Shown: piece by piece, positions 17,611-25,694 of the stretch
Position numbering within the stretch: position 1 is the stretch's first letter
How the letters are laid out: the number at the start of each line of letters is the position of its first letter
DNA from: a virus
Direction: 5' to 3' (one strand)
Virus record (IMG/VR): IMGVR_UViG_3300050821_010655
Span: 1-64,000 of that record
DNA: 64,000 nt
The notes under the pieces: generated by a model
What the model saw: only the letters and a program-made list of their open reading frames with translations
What the model was told of the DNA's origin: nothing
The model's database searches: none
Program-made: the position numbers and the translations under genes

Positions 17611-17883
17611 TTATTTCAAATCTCCAATGCACCGCAGGATGCGCTCCTGCAAATCCTCCAACTTCCACTTGTCCAACTCGTCGCAAAACTTAGTGCCGAT
17701 ATAGGAACGGGCGTAGTAGATTTGGCGCAGGAGAAGAGTGGCTTCCCCTAACGCACTCTGAGCTTGTGCCCAGTTGGATTTAACGGTTTCGATGGCATCT
17801 CTAAATCGCTTGCGGCTTTCAGGTGTGTCGTACTCCGATTTGGCTCTCCGTAACTCCATCACTGTTTCGTAAAAATCGGTCAT
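17611..17883 (-). CDS. hypothetical protein
   Basis: Tight operon packing. Confidence 0.5.
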   Translation of the reverse strand: MTDFYETVMELRRAKSEYDTPESRKRFRDAIETVKSNWAQAQSALGEATLLLRQIYYARSYIGTKFCDELDKWKLEDLQERILRCIGDLK

Positions 17884-17884
17884 A

Positions 17885-18127
17885 TCATTCCAAGTCTATT
17901 GGTTTAGATAAAAGCCCTTCTTTAATTCTTGCAGCAACTTTCTTGGCGCATTTCAAGCACATATCTCTGCCTACACTGGAAGAAAACCCTGCGCTTCTAA
18001 AATTTGCCAGCACTGTATGAGTGGCTTCGCAGTCGCCGCAATCAACGCACAGTCGTTCCCGTAGTGTAATAACTTCAACATCATCGGCAACAAACTGGAT
18101 TTCTGGATATGGAATTTTATTTTTCAT
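17885..18127 (-). CDS. small zinc-finger protein
   Basis: CVDC/CGDC...CLKC; GGAG RBS before ATG 18127. Confidence 0.5.
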   Translation of the reverse strand: MKNKIPYPEIQFVADDVEVITLRERLCVDCGDCEATHTVLANFRSAGFSSSVGRDMCLKCAKKVAARIKEGLLSKPIDLE

Positions 18128-18552
18128 ATATTCTCCCCCCGCAACGCCTCGCGCTGACGGCGCGAACCCACGATAGGATCGTTGAATCGCTCTTGGTGAA
18201 AATAAGTCGCCGCGTGCGGGCAGTAGCGCAGTTCTTCGGCATCTGCGTTCTTCCACGCCTCGGCAAACTTGCTCACTTGATTAGACAAGTCGTTGGCATT
18301 GTATTTCTTCATTGCCGCTATGATCGCCCGCAGGGCAGCAGGACGAGCACACTTGCGCGGATAAATACTATATATCTTCAACGCCTGCGCTTCCAGTTTT
18401 GGATTTGAATGTCCTTCTTTTACTTTCAACTCCCTCTCAAGATACTTGGCTAGGTAGGCGCAAATGGCGTCCCAACACCGCTCGGCGTTCTTGAGCATTG
18501 ATCGGTCAATATCAATGCGCTGGAGTGCCTTGTAGATTTGTTTCTCGGTCAT
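18124..18552 (-). CDS. protein resembling the C-terminal domain of phage replication initiators
   Basis: IY..YPRK..R..A...CPHAATYFHQERFND. Confidence 0.6.
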   Translation of the reverse strand: MTEKQIYKALQRIDIDRSMLKNAERCWDAICAYLAKYLERELKVKEGHSNPKLEAQALKIYSIYPRKCARPAALRAIIAAMKKYNANDLSNQVSKFAEAWKNADAEELRYCPHAATYFHQERFNDPIVGSRRQREALRGENI

Positions 18553-18555
18553 AAA

Positions 18556-20166
18556 TCACACCTTGATAATGTTCATCTCACGCGCCTGAACGCCGTAGGG
18601 TTCGGCTTCATTATCGACCAATAAAAATTGTGATAAGGTTCCGTCCTTGACCAACTCCAGCAGCCGCCGCACAATCGCCTGCCGCTTGTTGCCCGTCCGT
18701 TGCATCTCGTCAAAGATTAGGATTTTGGCGGGACTGTTCTGGCAGAGCGAGATTTGCAGGCCGGCATAGACCAGCAGTTTTTCAGTCCCGCTAAAGACCT
18801 CGTGGGCAATCCACCGCCCGACCGGCGCGTCCATTCCCATTTTGCGATCCTGCTCGCTCACCCGCCGTCCAAAGTCTCCGTCCTTGTATTCCAGTGGCGA
18901 GTTCAAAATGCCGTCCGTGAACTTGCGGGCGATCTTGAGCAGCGTGCCAAATGCCTTCTCGGCCAACGACTGTTGGTGTTTCTCAAGTTGGGCTTTCATG
19001 TGCTTGATCACCACCTGCTCGGCCTCGGCTTGTCCAATCTTTTCTTTGGCTTTTGTCACCGCTTCTTTGTTCTGTTGGTGGGCGGTCCATTGGGTGTGCT
19101 GCTTGTCCAACAGATCAAACTTCTCCCATGCCTCATCCTTTGCCTTTTCAAGTTTCTTTGCCTGCGGGTCGTGCGGCTTCTTGTCAAACGCCGCCAGTTT
19201 GTTCTTGGCGTCGCCCAACGCCTTGCGAGTGCCCACTAAGTCAGCTTCCACTTCTTTGCGGTTTGCGTTTTTCATTTTCAACCATGCCTTCCGCCAGTCT
19301 GTTCCTTCATTCAGACAAGTCGGGCAACGGTCGAATTTCTTCATGCGGGTGATCTCACCATCAATCTCATCAATATCGTCCTTGGCTTCCCGCACCTTCT
19401 TTTCCGCCGCGTCAACCGCTACCGCCAGTTCATTGCGCTTGGTATCCTTGGGGATTGCCGCCGCCAAATCTGCCGCTTGAGATGCCTGCCGCGCTTTCTC
19501 ACGCTCGGCGCTCACGTCCTTAGGTTCGTCCTGTGTTTTGAACGCGCTTACGACTGCCGATTGAGTTTTAATTGTGTCCTTGGCTTCCTTGTCAGCCGTT
19601 TCAAGCTGGGCCATCAGGGTTTTCATCCACAGGCAAATATTCTGTTTCTGCTTATTGCGCCACTCTATTCCTTTCATCAATAAGTCATACCACTTCCTGA
19701 TCGCCACTTCGTTTCCGTTCTCGGGTAATTGCATGTCCTTGAGCAATTCACTTTCGTCATATCCCATCTTTTTCAAATCCACCCGTTCCAGCACGTAGGC
19801 CAGTTGGCGCTGCCCCGTCAGTTTGAAATACTCGTTAATGTCCATCATCACGTCAGGGAATCCAACTTGCAGGTCCATGCTCTTGCTATACCGCCCGTCG
19901 CTGTCGCGGCTGATCGTCACGCTATTGGTCATGCCGTTGTCAAAGGTCAGGCGGCAAAACAATTCCTTGTCGTCCGAACAAGGCTTGAATGTCGCGCTGT
20001 GCTCTTTACCTAGCGAGGCGATAACGCCATACATGCCTAATCTCAAGGCGCTGCCGATGGCGCTCTTGCCAGAAAACGGGTTGCCTACTATGAGGTTGGC
20101 CGATTGAAGACTGAGTTTGAGGTTGCGCCCCTGCCAAGAGGGGCATTTAAGTTCGGTAATGGTCAC
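18556..20166 (-). CDS. SMC/Rad50-like ABC ATPase with coiled coil and zinc hook
   Basis: GNPFSGKS, central CPTC, FSGTEK signature, ILIFDE; GTG start at 20166 after GAAAGGA. Confidence 0.85.
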   Translation of the reverse strand: MTITELKCPSWQGRNLKLSLQSANLIVGNPFSGKSAIGSALRLGMYGVIASLGKEHSATFKPCSDDKELFCRLTFDNGMTNSVTISRDSDGRYSKSMDLQVGFPDVMMDINEYFKLTGQRQLAYVLERVDLKKMGYDESELLKDMQLPENGNEVAIRKWYDLLMKGIEWRNKQKQNICLWMKTLMAQLETADKEAKDTIKTQSAVVSAFKTQDEPKDVSAEREKARQASQAADLAAAIPKDTKRNELAVAVDAAEKKVREAKDDIDEIDGEITRMKKFDRCPTCLNEGTDWRKAWLKMKNANRKEVEADLVGTRKALGDAKNKLAAFDKKPHDPQAKKLEKAKDEAWEKFDLLDKQHTQWTAHQQNKEAVTKAKEKIGQAEAEQVVIKHMKAQLEKHQQSLAEKAFGTLLKIARKFTDGILNSPLEYKDGDFGRRVSEQDRKMGMDAPVGRWIAHEVFSGTEKLLVYAGLQISLCQNSPAKILIFDEMQRTGNKRQAIVRRLLELVKDGTLSQFLLVDNEAEPYGVQAREMNIIKV

Positions 20167-20384
20167 TGCGGTCCTTTCGTTTTGTGGTTTGCGACGAATT
20201 GAGCAACGGCCCAACGCCGCTCAAATTGTTCTTTATAATGACCTGACAGTTCCGGGAGATAAGGAACCGCCTTCGACGCGGCAGCACAACTTCCGCAAGT
20301 GCATTCAATGGAATGCACCGAAACTTCACAGCACAGCCACATGGCAGCTTCGGTCAGCACTTTAAGTTTGTCATCTGTGTTCAT
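20163..20384 (-). CDS. small Cys-rich protein
   Basis: GTGA overlap with the SMC-like gene; CTCGSC. Confidence 0.5.
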   Translation of the reverse strand: MNTDDKLKVLTEAAMWLCCEVSVHSIECTCGSCAAASKAVPYLPELSGHYKEQFERRWAVAQFVANHKTKGPQ

Positions 20385-20435
20385 AATTTTACCAAAGTTT
20401 GGCCGCAAACCCCGAGGCGTTCGTGCTGCCCTTGC

Positions 20436-20630
20436 TTAAGTTCGTGCCCGCCCATTGCTGAAAGTTACGCACGTCCGCCAGCAGCGTGTCCCAGGCTGAC
20501 GCGCCGTGCAAGTTGGACACCATGAGTACAGCATCCATGACATCCATCCCCAAGCACAATCATGGTCGCTATACCTAGCGAGATAAAAAAATAAGTCAGC
20601 AGGCCATCTTTTCATTTTCTTCTTTTCCAT
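20436..20630 (-). CDS. small hypothetical protein
   Basis: GGAG RBS; CPTC...CWRTC. Confidence 0.4.
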   Translation of the reverse strand: MEKKKMKRWPADLFFYLARYSDHDCAWGWMSWMLYSWCPTCTARQPGTRCWRTCVTFSNGRART

Positions 20631-20688
20631 TCAATTTTACTCCAGTTGAAACTGCCAGAGCATGTCTGATCAGTAAATGGCAGGCAGG

Positions 20689-21480
20689 CTATCTTTTGGA
20701 TCGACCTTGTTTCTCGGGTTCCGGTTCTTCCTCGATGGGATCACACGGCAGATCGTCGGCGTAGCTGTGAGTGTCGGCATAAGGCTGGGCGTTCATCGCA
20801 ATAAACAACGTGCTGACCAACGCCTGAAACCATTCCGGCCCGATAGAGATGTCTTTCAAGTCCGGGTTTTCGTCCATGCACCGCTGGCCAATACTCGCCG
20901 CCGTCTTGAAGCACATGCAATAGAGGTTTTCCAACTGTCCAAGCCGATCTAGTGCGTCGTCTACGCCATTATCGCTCTCTTGCTTATGGCTTCTGGATTC
21001 TTCACGTTCACTGCGGTCATCCTCACGTTCTCGACGGCGTGGGCGTTCTTCGGGTTCATCTGCTTCTGGCTCGTCCTCGCGTTGTCGGCGTCTAGGCTTT
21101 TCGTCCTCATCTTCATCGGTTGTGGCCGCGCCATTCACCACCTCAGCACTCTTGCTCACCTCCAGAATGCGCGTCACCTTGTCCTTGTATTCGTCGTCGC
21201 GGGCGAGCAAGCCATCGAGTTTGTTTCTCTTGTCTCGCGTGGCGACAAAATTGAATTCCTTGCCTTTGTCCTTGTCGGAGATGCGATCATGATCCCAGAT
21301 CTTCACCTTTATCTCGTTGCCAGCGCGATCCTTCATCATTAGAATCTGAATCGACCCGTCGCTATTCTTGCCCACGCCGTCTTTCCAAGTGAAGAATTGG
21401 GTGACCTTCCCGCGAAACGCCTTTACGATGTCACCGTCCTCTAAATCTTTTATGTCTTGAACTGTGAATACCTGCGGCAT
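20689..21480 (-). CDS. putative OB-fold ssDNA-binding / recombination protein
   Basis: Beta-rich N-domain (FRGKVT...IKVKIWDH), charged linker, acidic tail; strong RBS. Confidence 0.5.
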   Translation of the reverse strand: MPQVFTVQDIKDLEDGDIVKAFRGKVTQFFTWKDGVGKNSDGSIQILMMKDRAGNEIKVKIWDHDRISDKDKGKEFNFVATRDKRNKLDGLLARDDEYKDKVTRILEVSKSAEVVNGAATTDEDEDEKPRRRQREDEPEADEPEERPRRREREDDRSEREESRSHKQESDNGVDDALDRLGQLENLYCMCFKTAASIGQRCMDENPDLKDISIGPEWFQALVSTLFIAMNAQPYADTHSYADDLPCDPIEEEPEPEKQGRSKR

Positions 21481-21518
21481 TTGATTTCCTTTCGTTCTGT
21501 GGTTTGTGAATTTTTTCT

Positions 21519-21563
21519 AAAAGTTAAAGAGGGGGCGGTTGCTTATCACGCAAGCCCGCCCCC
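21519..21563 (-). terminator. intrinsic terminator closing the ncRNA
   Basis: GGGGGCGG-GCTT...AAGC-AA-CCGCCCCC followed by TCTTTAACTTTT. Confidence 0.7.
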
Positions 21564-21838
21564 AAGGTTAAAACGACGCCTTTTAGCTGTGTTCCACAGA
21601 TCGCCTGACACATCTTGAACCTAATCACAACGCCTTACCCCTAGACCACCCCGCCACATGGAGGCGGGGACGGGAATTGAACCCGCGTCTTTGCTTTGGG
21701 TTGTACCATCGATCCGTTTCACTTGTCGTTTCGTTTCTAAGCCTTCGGGTGAAAACTTAAGCCTTTATCCAGTGATCTTAAGTCTGACCTTGAGCCTTGG
21801 ATGGGCTTTTCGCCAAAGCTACTAAGCCCCACCCGAAA
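21564..21838 (-). ncRNA. structured RNA with circularly permuted tRNA-like module (YrlA/Y-RNA-like) and a repeat-bearing 5' domain
   Basis: T-arm GCGGG-TTCAATT-CCCGT (21670-21686), acceptor CCCCGCC-TCCATGT-GGCGGGG (21649-21669), D-arm GTCT-AGGGGTA-AGGC (21632-21646); enclosing long-range stems. Confidence 0.8.
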
Positions 21839-22606
21839 TTATGGTTTCTTGCCGTCAAAAACAAACCCAAGCAGGGCTTTGCCCATTTTTAGATTTGTCT
21901 CAACCTCCTGATCATTCGCCCGCGAACGCGCCTTGCGTACCGCCCGAATCGTCTGTTCCGCCCGATCAAGAATCTCCGATTTTTCAGCCGGGGTGATCAA
22001 CCCGGACCACTCTTGCTCCGAGATAGTGCCAACCACCAAGTCAACAGGCACGAGTTGCGTCTGCGCCGGGTGCTCTTTGGTTGGCTCGTGCAACACCACC
22101 ACCCGCACGTCTTTCTTGGTCCGTGCTTTGTTTACTTCGCGAGCCTTATAAATTCCACCGCCGCGTTGGGGGTCGTCCTGAAATCCCTTGGCGGGATCGA
22201 GCGTCGGAATCGCCTTGGACAAATGAAGCACCCAATCGGTCAGCCGCTTTTCCAATTCCAAAAGGGCGGTGGCGGGAATGTCTTTGAGCAAGACCGTTCC
22301 GGCGTCATCGTCCAGAACCACATCGGCTCGTGCCTTGGTGTTGGCGTCCGCCACCTGCAACCCGGCATCCATTGCCTTTGCCAAATGTGGAACAATCCAT
22401 GCCAGTTCTCTACGCACCGTGCTTTGAATATCCGACTGCGCTTCGGTGGTGGCGGGTTTGCCCTCTTCGTTGGATTGGAAAGTGGTTCGCTTTTCCTCAA
22501 ACAGATGGCGTTTCTTTTCAAAGGTGTTCGCCAAATCGGTTCGGGTTTGAATGGCTTGGGTTTCCAGATTTCCTTCGGCAGCTAACAGTTCGTGTAGTTT
22601 CGTCAT
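21839..22606 (-). CDS. unknown alpha/beta coiled-coil protein, first gene of the leftward early operon, immediately upstream of the ncRNA
   Basis: 255-aa ORF MTKLHELLA...AVRKARSRAN; own promoter. Confidence 0.8.
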   Translation of the reverse strand: MTKLHELLAAEGNLETQAIQTRTDLANTFEKKRHLFEEKRTTFQSNEEGKPATTEAQSDIQSTVRRELAWIVPHLAKAMDAGLQVADANTKARADVVLDDDAGTVLLKDIPATALLELEKRLTDWVLHLSKAIPTLDPAKGFQDDPQRGGGIYKAREVNKARTKKDVRVVVLHEPTKEHPAQTQLVPVDLVVGTISEQEWSGLITPAEKSEILDRAEQTIRAVRKARSRANDQEVETNLKMGKALLGFVFDGKKP

Positions 22607-22650
22607 ATTTTTGTGCTCTGCGGTTTATGGTTTCTCGGTCAACTGAAACC

Positions 22651-22680
22651 ACCTTGCCACACCAAGCCGAAAGGTGTCAA
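22651..22680 (-). promoter_or_regulatory. promoter TTGACA-N18-CAAGGT
   Basis: Minus strand AATGTATTGACA, A-rich upstream, TG extension. Confidence 0.55.
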
Positions 22681-22823
22681 TACATTGTTCAACTTTTTAT
22701 TCCAACCACTCCTGACCTGCCGCTGATTGAAATTTAACCCCTCGAATTGCCCATAAAACCGCCCTGTCCTGCGCCACAAATCGTTTGAGACGGGCTTTTA
22801 TTGCAAAAAGGTAGTCAGACACC

Positions 22824-22901
22824 AAGAAAACGCCCCGGCAGGCCGAGAAACCCACCGGGGCGCACCACAACGAATGAACGATCCGCTTCGCTATACGCGA
22901 G
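22824..22901 (-). ncRNA. candidate ~80-nt sRNA (5' hairpin, single-stranded seed, terminator)
   Basis: Lies between a promoter (22908-22937) and the terminator CGCCCCGG...CCGGGGCG-TTTTCTT (22824-22862); no ORF on this strand within the span. Confidence 0.55.
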
Positions 22902-22907
22902 AGCCTC

Positions 22908-22937
22908 ACCTTACCGCACTTCAACCGCTGGCGTCAA
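22908..22937 (-). promoter_or_regulatory. promoter TTGACG-N18-TAAGGT
   Basis: Hexamers at 22932-22937 and 22908-22913. Confidence 0.55.
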
Positions 22938-22940
22938 GCC

Positions 22941-23120
22941 CTAATCCCGCACGCTTTGCAGGGGCGGTTCCGCCGTGTCGGTCACTGGCTGGTTCAAAAT
23001 CTTCTGCTTAATCTCTTTACGCATCACCCGCATGGCGAGCACCGTCTTGGTGCAGTGCTCCGACGATTCATCAAGACTGGCCAGTTGCTCCTTAAGGTGG
23101 CGCAGTTCCTTGCGATTCAT
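22941..23120 (-). CDS. small coiled-coil protein
   Basis: GGAG RBS before MNRKEL. Confidence 0.5.
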   Translation of the reverse strand: MNRKELRHLKEQLASLDESSEHCTKTVLAMRVMRKEIKQKILNQPVTDTAEPPLQSVRD

Positions 23121-23122
23121 AA

Positions 23123-23758
23123 TCACTCCACGTTTTTGTTCCACCAGTCGTACAGCCCTTTCAAGATCGGGTGAAATCCATATTGTTTCATCTCGACATA
23201 AGCCGTTGCTTCGGTCCAGTGATCCGACCAAACACGATAGACACCGCAAACCAAACCAGTACGATCGTTTCCACCAGCACTCTTGAGTACCGCATCTATT
23301 CTTGAGCGAGTGCGGCTGTCGCTTCCGCAATGGACGTAACAATGCCCAACCTGCATAATCGCTACCGCCTTGGCCACCGTGCTTACTTTGGGTCCACCCT
23401 CCAACTGTTCACCCACCGAGATTGGAAAACGATAGACCTTCATGCCCATCCGTTCAGCCAAGTTGTCACTGCCCTCGGCGTCGGTGTTGAGCTTCACCAC
23501 GCTTCGCACCCCCGCCAGCCAGATATTGGTCCAACCCTGCGCCGTGGGTTGACCGCCACGCAGGATTACTTTGTCGGCGTCAACGGTGTGGAGGTTGGGG
23601 ATTGGCGGAAGTGGTGTTGTGCAACAGGACTCCAGCAAAAGGCAAAACCACGCGCCCAGCCAAAGCAGATTGCGTTGGAGCAGGCGAATGCGTATGTTAC
23701 GGAGCACAGCGCAACAGGAACTACACATCCGCACCGCAATCAGCCAGGGAGGGCGCAT
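23123..23758 (-). CDS. exported/lipoprotein tyrosine (dual-specificity) phosphatase-like protein with an interrupted P-loop
   Basis: IPNLHTV, RGGQP, GVRSVVKLN, YVHC...GNDRTG, A..EM..YGFH; hydrophobic stretch ending ESC. Confidence 0.75.
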   Translation of the reverse strand: MRPPWLIAVRMCSSCCAVLRNIRIRLLQRNLLWLGAWFCLLLESCCTTPLPPIPNLHTVDADKVILRGGQPTAQGWTNIWLAGVRSVVKLNTDAEGSDNLAERMGMKVYRFPISVGEQLEGGPKVSTVAKAVAIMQVGHCYVHCGSDSRTRSRIDAVLKSAGGNDRTGLVCGVYRVWSDHWTEATAYVEMKQYGFHPILKGLYDWWNKNVE

Positions 23759-23779
23759 GGCAAAATATCAACCGGGATA

Positions 23780-24502
23780 TCATTTCCCCTTTGGCTCAAT
23801 AATGATTAGCCGCACCCTGTCTTTGTTGGTGCTATAGAGGTGAACCAGTTCGGCGGGGGTATAGACCGTCATGGGCACCAACTTGAGGGTGTGACCGCTC
23901 GGCGTGGAGAGGACGTAGAAATTGGTATTCGCCCCTGAATTGGTGCTTAACAAGTGGACTGGAATCTGCGGCGGTCGCATGAAGTGCTGGGGCATTGGCG
24001 GAACCTGAACTGATTCTGCAATCACCTCGGGTTCGTTGGAAACGTAAGCCATGTTCTTGGCCGTGAACTTGGCTTCGCAACTGGGGCACTTCAACTTCAC
24101 CAGCCGGTGATAGTTCGTCCCGCCCGGAGCCAGTTGAAAACTGTTGGTGGCGATACTTAACGAAGGTCCGGTAAATGGACGCTTGCAGGACGGACAGCGG
24201 ACGGTGAACAACTCCTGCGCCGAGCAGGAGAGCCACATCAATGACGCTATCACCAGTGGCATTATCTTCCTCATCGCGCTTTCCATCTTGCCTCTGTGGA
24301 CTTTGTTTTTCATGTTTTTGCCTTCCTTTTCATAACACTCAATACAGATGGGATATTTACTGCCCTTGTGTACCGGGTCGGGAAACCATTTCATTTTGTC
24401 CTTGGTGAGCTTTCGCCTGCAAGGTCCAGTACACTCATAAAGTTTTGATTTAGATTTGCGCTCACGCTTCATGTTCTTTTCTCTGGGGGTCCAAATTTGC
24501 AT
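23780..24502 (-). CDS. zinc finger + internal signal sequence + exported CxxC domain
   Basis: CTGPC...CIEC, then MRKIMPLVIASLMWLSCSA-Q, then CPSC twice. Confidence 0.55.
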   Translation of the reverse strand: MQIWTPREKNMKRERKSKSKLYECTGPCRRKLTKDKMKWFPDPVHKGSKYPICIECYEKEGKNMKNKVHRGKMESAMRKIMPLVIASLMWLSCSAQELFTVRCPSCKRPFTGPSLSIATNSFQLAPGGTNYHRLVKLKCPSCEAKFTAKNMAYVSNEPEVIAESVQVPPMPQHFMRPPQIPVHLLSTNSGANTNFYVLSTPSGHTLKLVPMTVYTPAELVHLYSTNKDRVRLIIIEPKGK

Positions 24503-24666
24503 GAGTAAGCCCTGACTACTTCGTCCCTGACTTTTTCCATTGCCTCGACTGCCAGTCGGTATTCTTCGTTGGCAGAATTGTAATCGCCCGGATAAAGGCT
24601 CATCGCTTTTAGCGCCTTCACCTCTTCATCTGAAAGGGTGAGATCAATTTGAAATGCACCGCTCAC
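24469..24666 (-). CDS. hypothetical protein
   Basis: Operon packing. Confidence 0.45.
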   Translation of the reverse strand: MSGAFQIDLTLSDEEVKALKAMSLYPGDYNSANEEYRLAVEAMEKVRDEVVRAYSCKFGPPEKRT

Positions 24667-24667
24667 T

Positions 24668-24877
24668 CTATTTTTGATTTATCTGCTTCTCCAACTCCGC
24701 TATGCGTTCCAATTCATGCTTTTGGTCTGTCTTACATTGGGCAATGGCGCTGTAGAATGCAGGCAAACCCGCGGAAGGAGTGTCGTCTATGCTTTCTTCC
24801 AAAGACGACTGCTCCTCCCGCAATCGGCTCAACCGATCCAGGCAGTTCTTTAACTGGAGATTCAACCAGTCAGGCAT
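24668..24877 (-). CDS. small coiled-coil protein
   Basis: TGATG coupling. Confidence 0.5.
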   Translation of the reverse strand: MPDWLNLQLKNCLDRLSRLREEQSSLEESIDDTPSAGLPAFYSAIAQCKTDQKHELERIAELEKQINQK

Positions 24878-25119
24878 CAGGGAGGAGTTAACGCCAGAAA
24901 CGCCTTGCCTTGGTCGCTATTGGGGTCAATCCCAGCGGCGACCAACGCTTGGAGCATATTGCTGCGGGCGCTGTTCTTTGAGAGCGCGATTAAACCATCC
25001 CATTGTGCTTGGCTCGGTGCGGTCGGACTGGAGAATATTCCAGAAATGGCCGCAACCACTTCGGGTCCATATTTTTCAAGCAGGCTCAAGAGCAGAGGAG
25101 CGAGTGTTACCCAGTTCAT
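24877..25119 (-). CDS. small membrane-associated protein
   Basis: GGAGG RBS; amphipathic N-terminus. Confidence 0.6.
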   Translation of the reverse strand: MNWVTLAPLLLSLLEKYGPEVVAAISGIFSSPTAPSQAQWDGLIALSKNSARSNMLQALVAAGIDPNSDQGKAFLALTPP

Positions 25120-25472
25120 GGCAGACCTCCTTTCGCTGCGGTGATTGAGTTGAGAACGTTTGTTCCTGCCATCAGCACATTTGCCGGGGCAGGACTCGTG
25201 AGGTTGTTTTCAGCCGCCACCACAGCCAGTCCAAAAACCTGCTGAAAGGTATTAAAGTACTGGCTGACTTGCGGAACCGAATTGGTTGCAACCTGATGAC
25301 TAACCACCAACAGCGTGTACGAATAGTCCGCTGCGTTGACGGCATTGCCGATAGCCGCCAAGGATGTGTAAGCCGCCGATTGAGGCGTTGACGATTTGAA
25401 GATCCCGCAACCTGCAAGCAGGAGGCAGGACACTGCCAGTGATGGCAATGTGCATTTAAGTTTTTTTGTCAT
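25116..25472 (-). CDS. lipoprotein
   Basis: Lipobox LLLAG-C. Confidence 0.7.
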   Translation of the reverse strand: MTKKLKCTLPSLAVSCLLLAGCGIFKSSTPQSAAYTSLAAIGNAVNAADYSYTLLVVSHQVATNSVPQVSQYFNTFQQVFGLAVVAAENNLTSPAPANVLMAGTNVLNSITAAKGGLP

Positions 25473-25480
25473 GTTTTGTT

Positions 25481-25681
25481 TTACTTGTAACCACCGGCCT
25501 CGTTTTCAAGGTCAGCGATAGTTTTTAGAATATCCTTCATCATGTCGGGATACTCCTTGAGCGCCTTTAGCATGTCATCCCTGTGTCCGAAACAGATTCT
25601 TTCCACGTTGCAGGGCTTTCTTGGAGCTGTCCTGCAAGCAGAAAGTCCAATCAGCATCAGGATGAATGCGGCTCGTTTCAT
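25481..25681 (-). CDS. small lipoprotein (possible spanin component)
   Basis: MKRAAFILMLIGLSA-C. Confidence 0.6.
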   Translation of the reverse strand: MKRAAFILMLIGLSACRTAPRKPCNVERICFGHRDDMLKALKEYPDMMKDILKTIADLENEAGGYK

Positions 25682-25694
25682 GTTGTCAGTTTAT

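Noticed and set aside
21631-21690. Ordinary tRNA gene or attP tRNA fragment
   Set aside because: The halves are in permuted order, there is no anticodon arm, both acceptor strands pair perfectly, and no integrase is nearby.
21564-21838. Two-piece tmRNA
   Set aside because: No G3:U70 alanine determinant, the discriminator is U, a full D-stem is present, and I see no tag reading frame.
22874-23011. 45-codon + strand ORF starting ACCACAACGA-ATG
   Set aside because: It overlaps a minus-strand gene and promoter and has no recognisable features; the minus-strand promoter-terminator reading fits better, though the ORF is not excluded.
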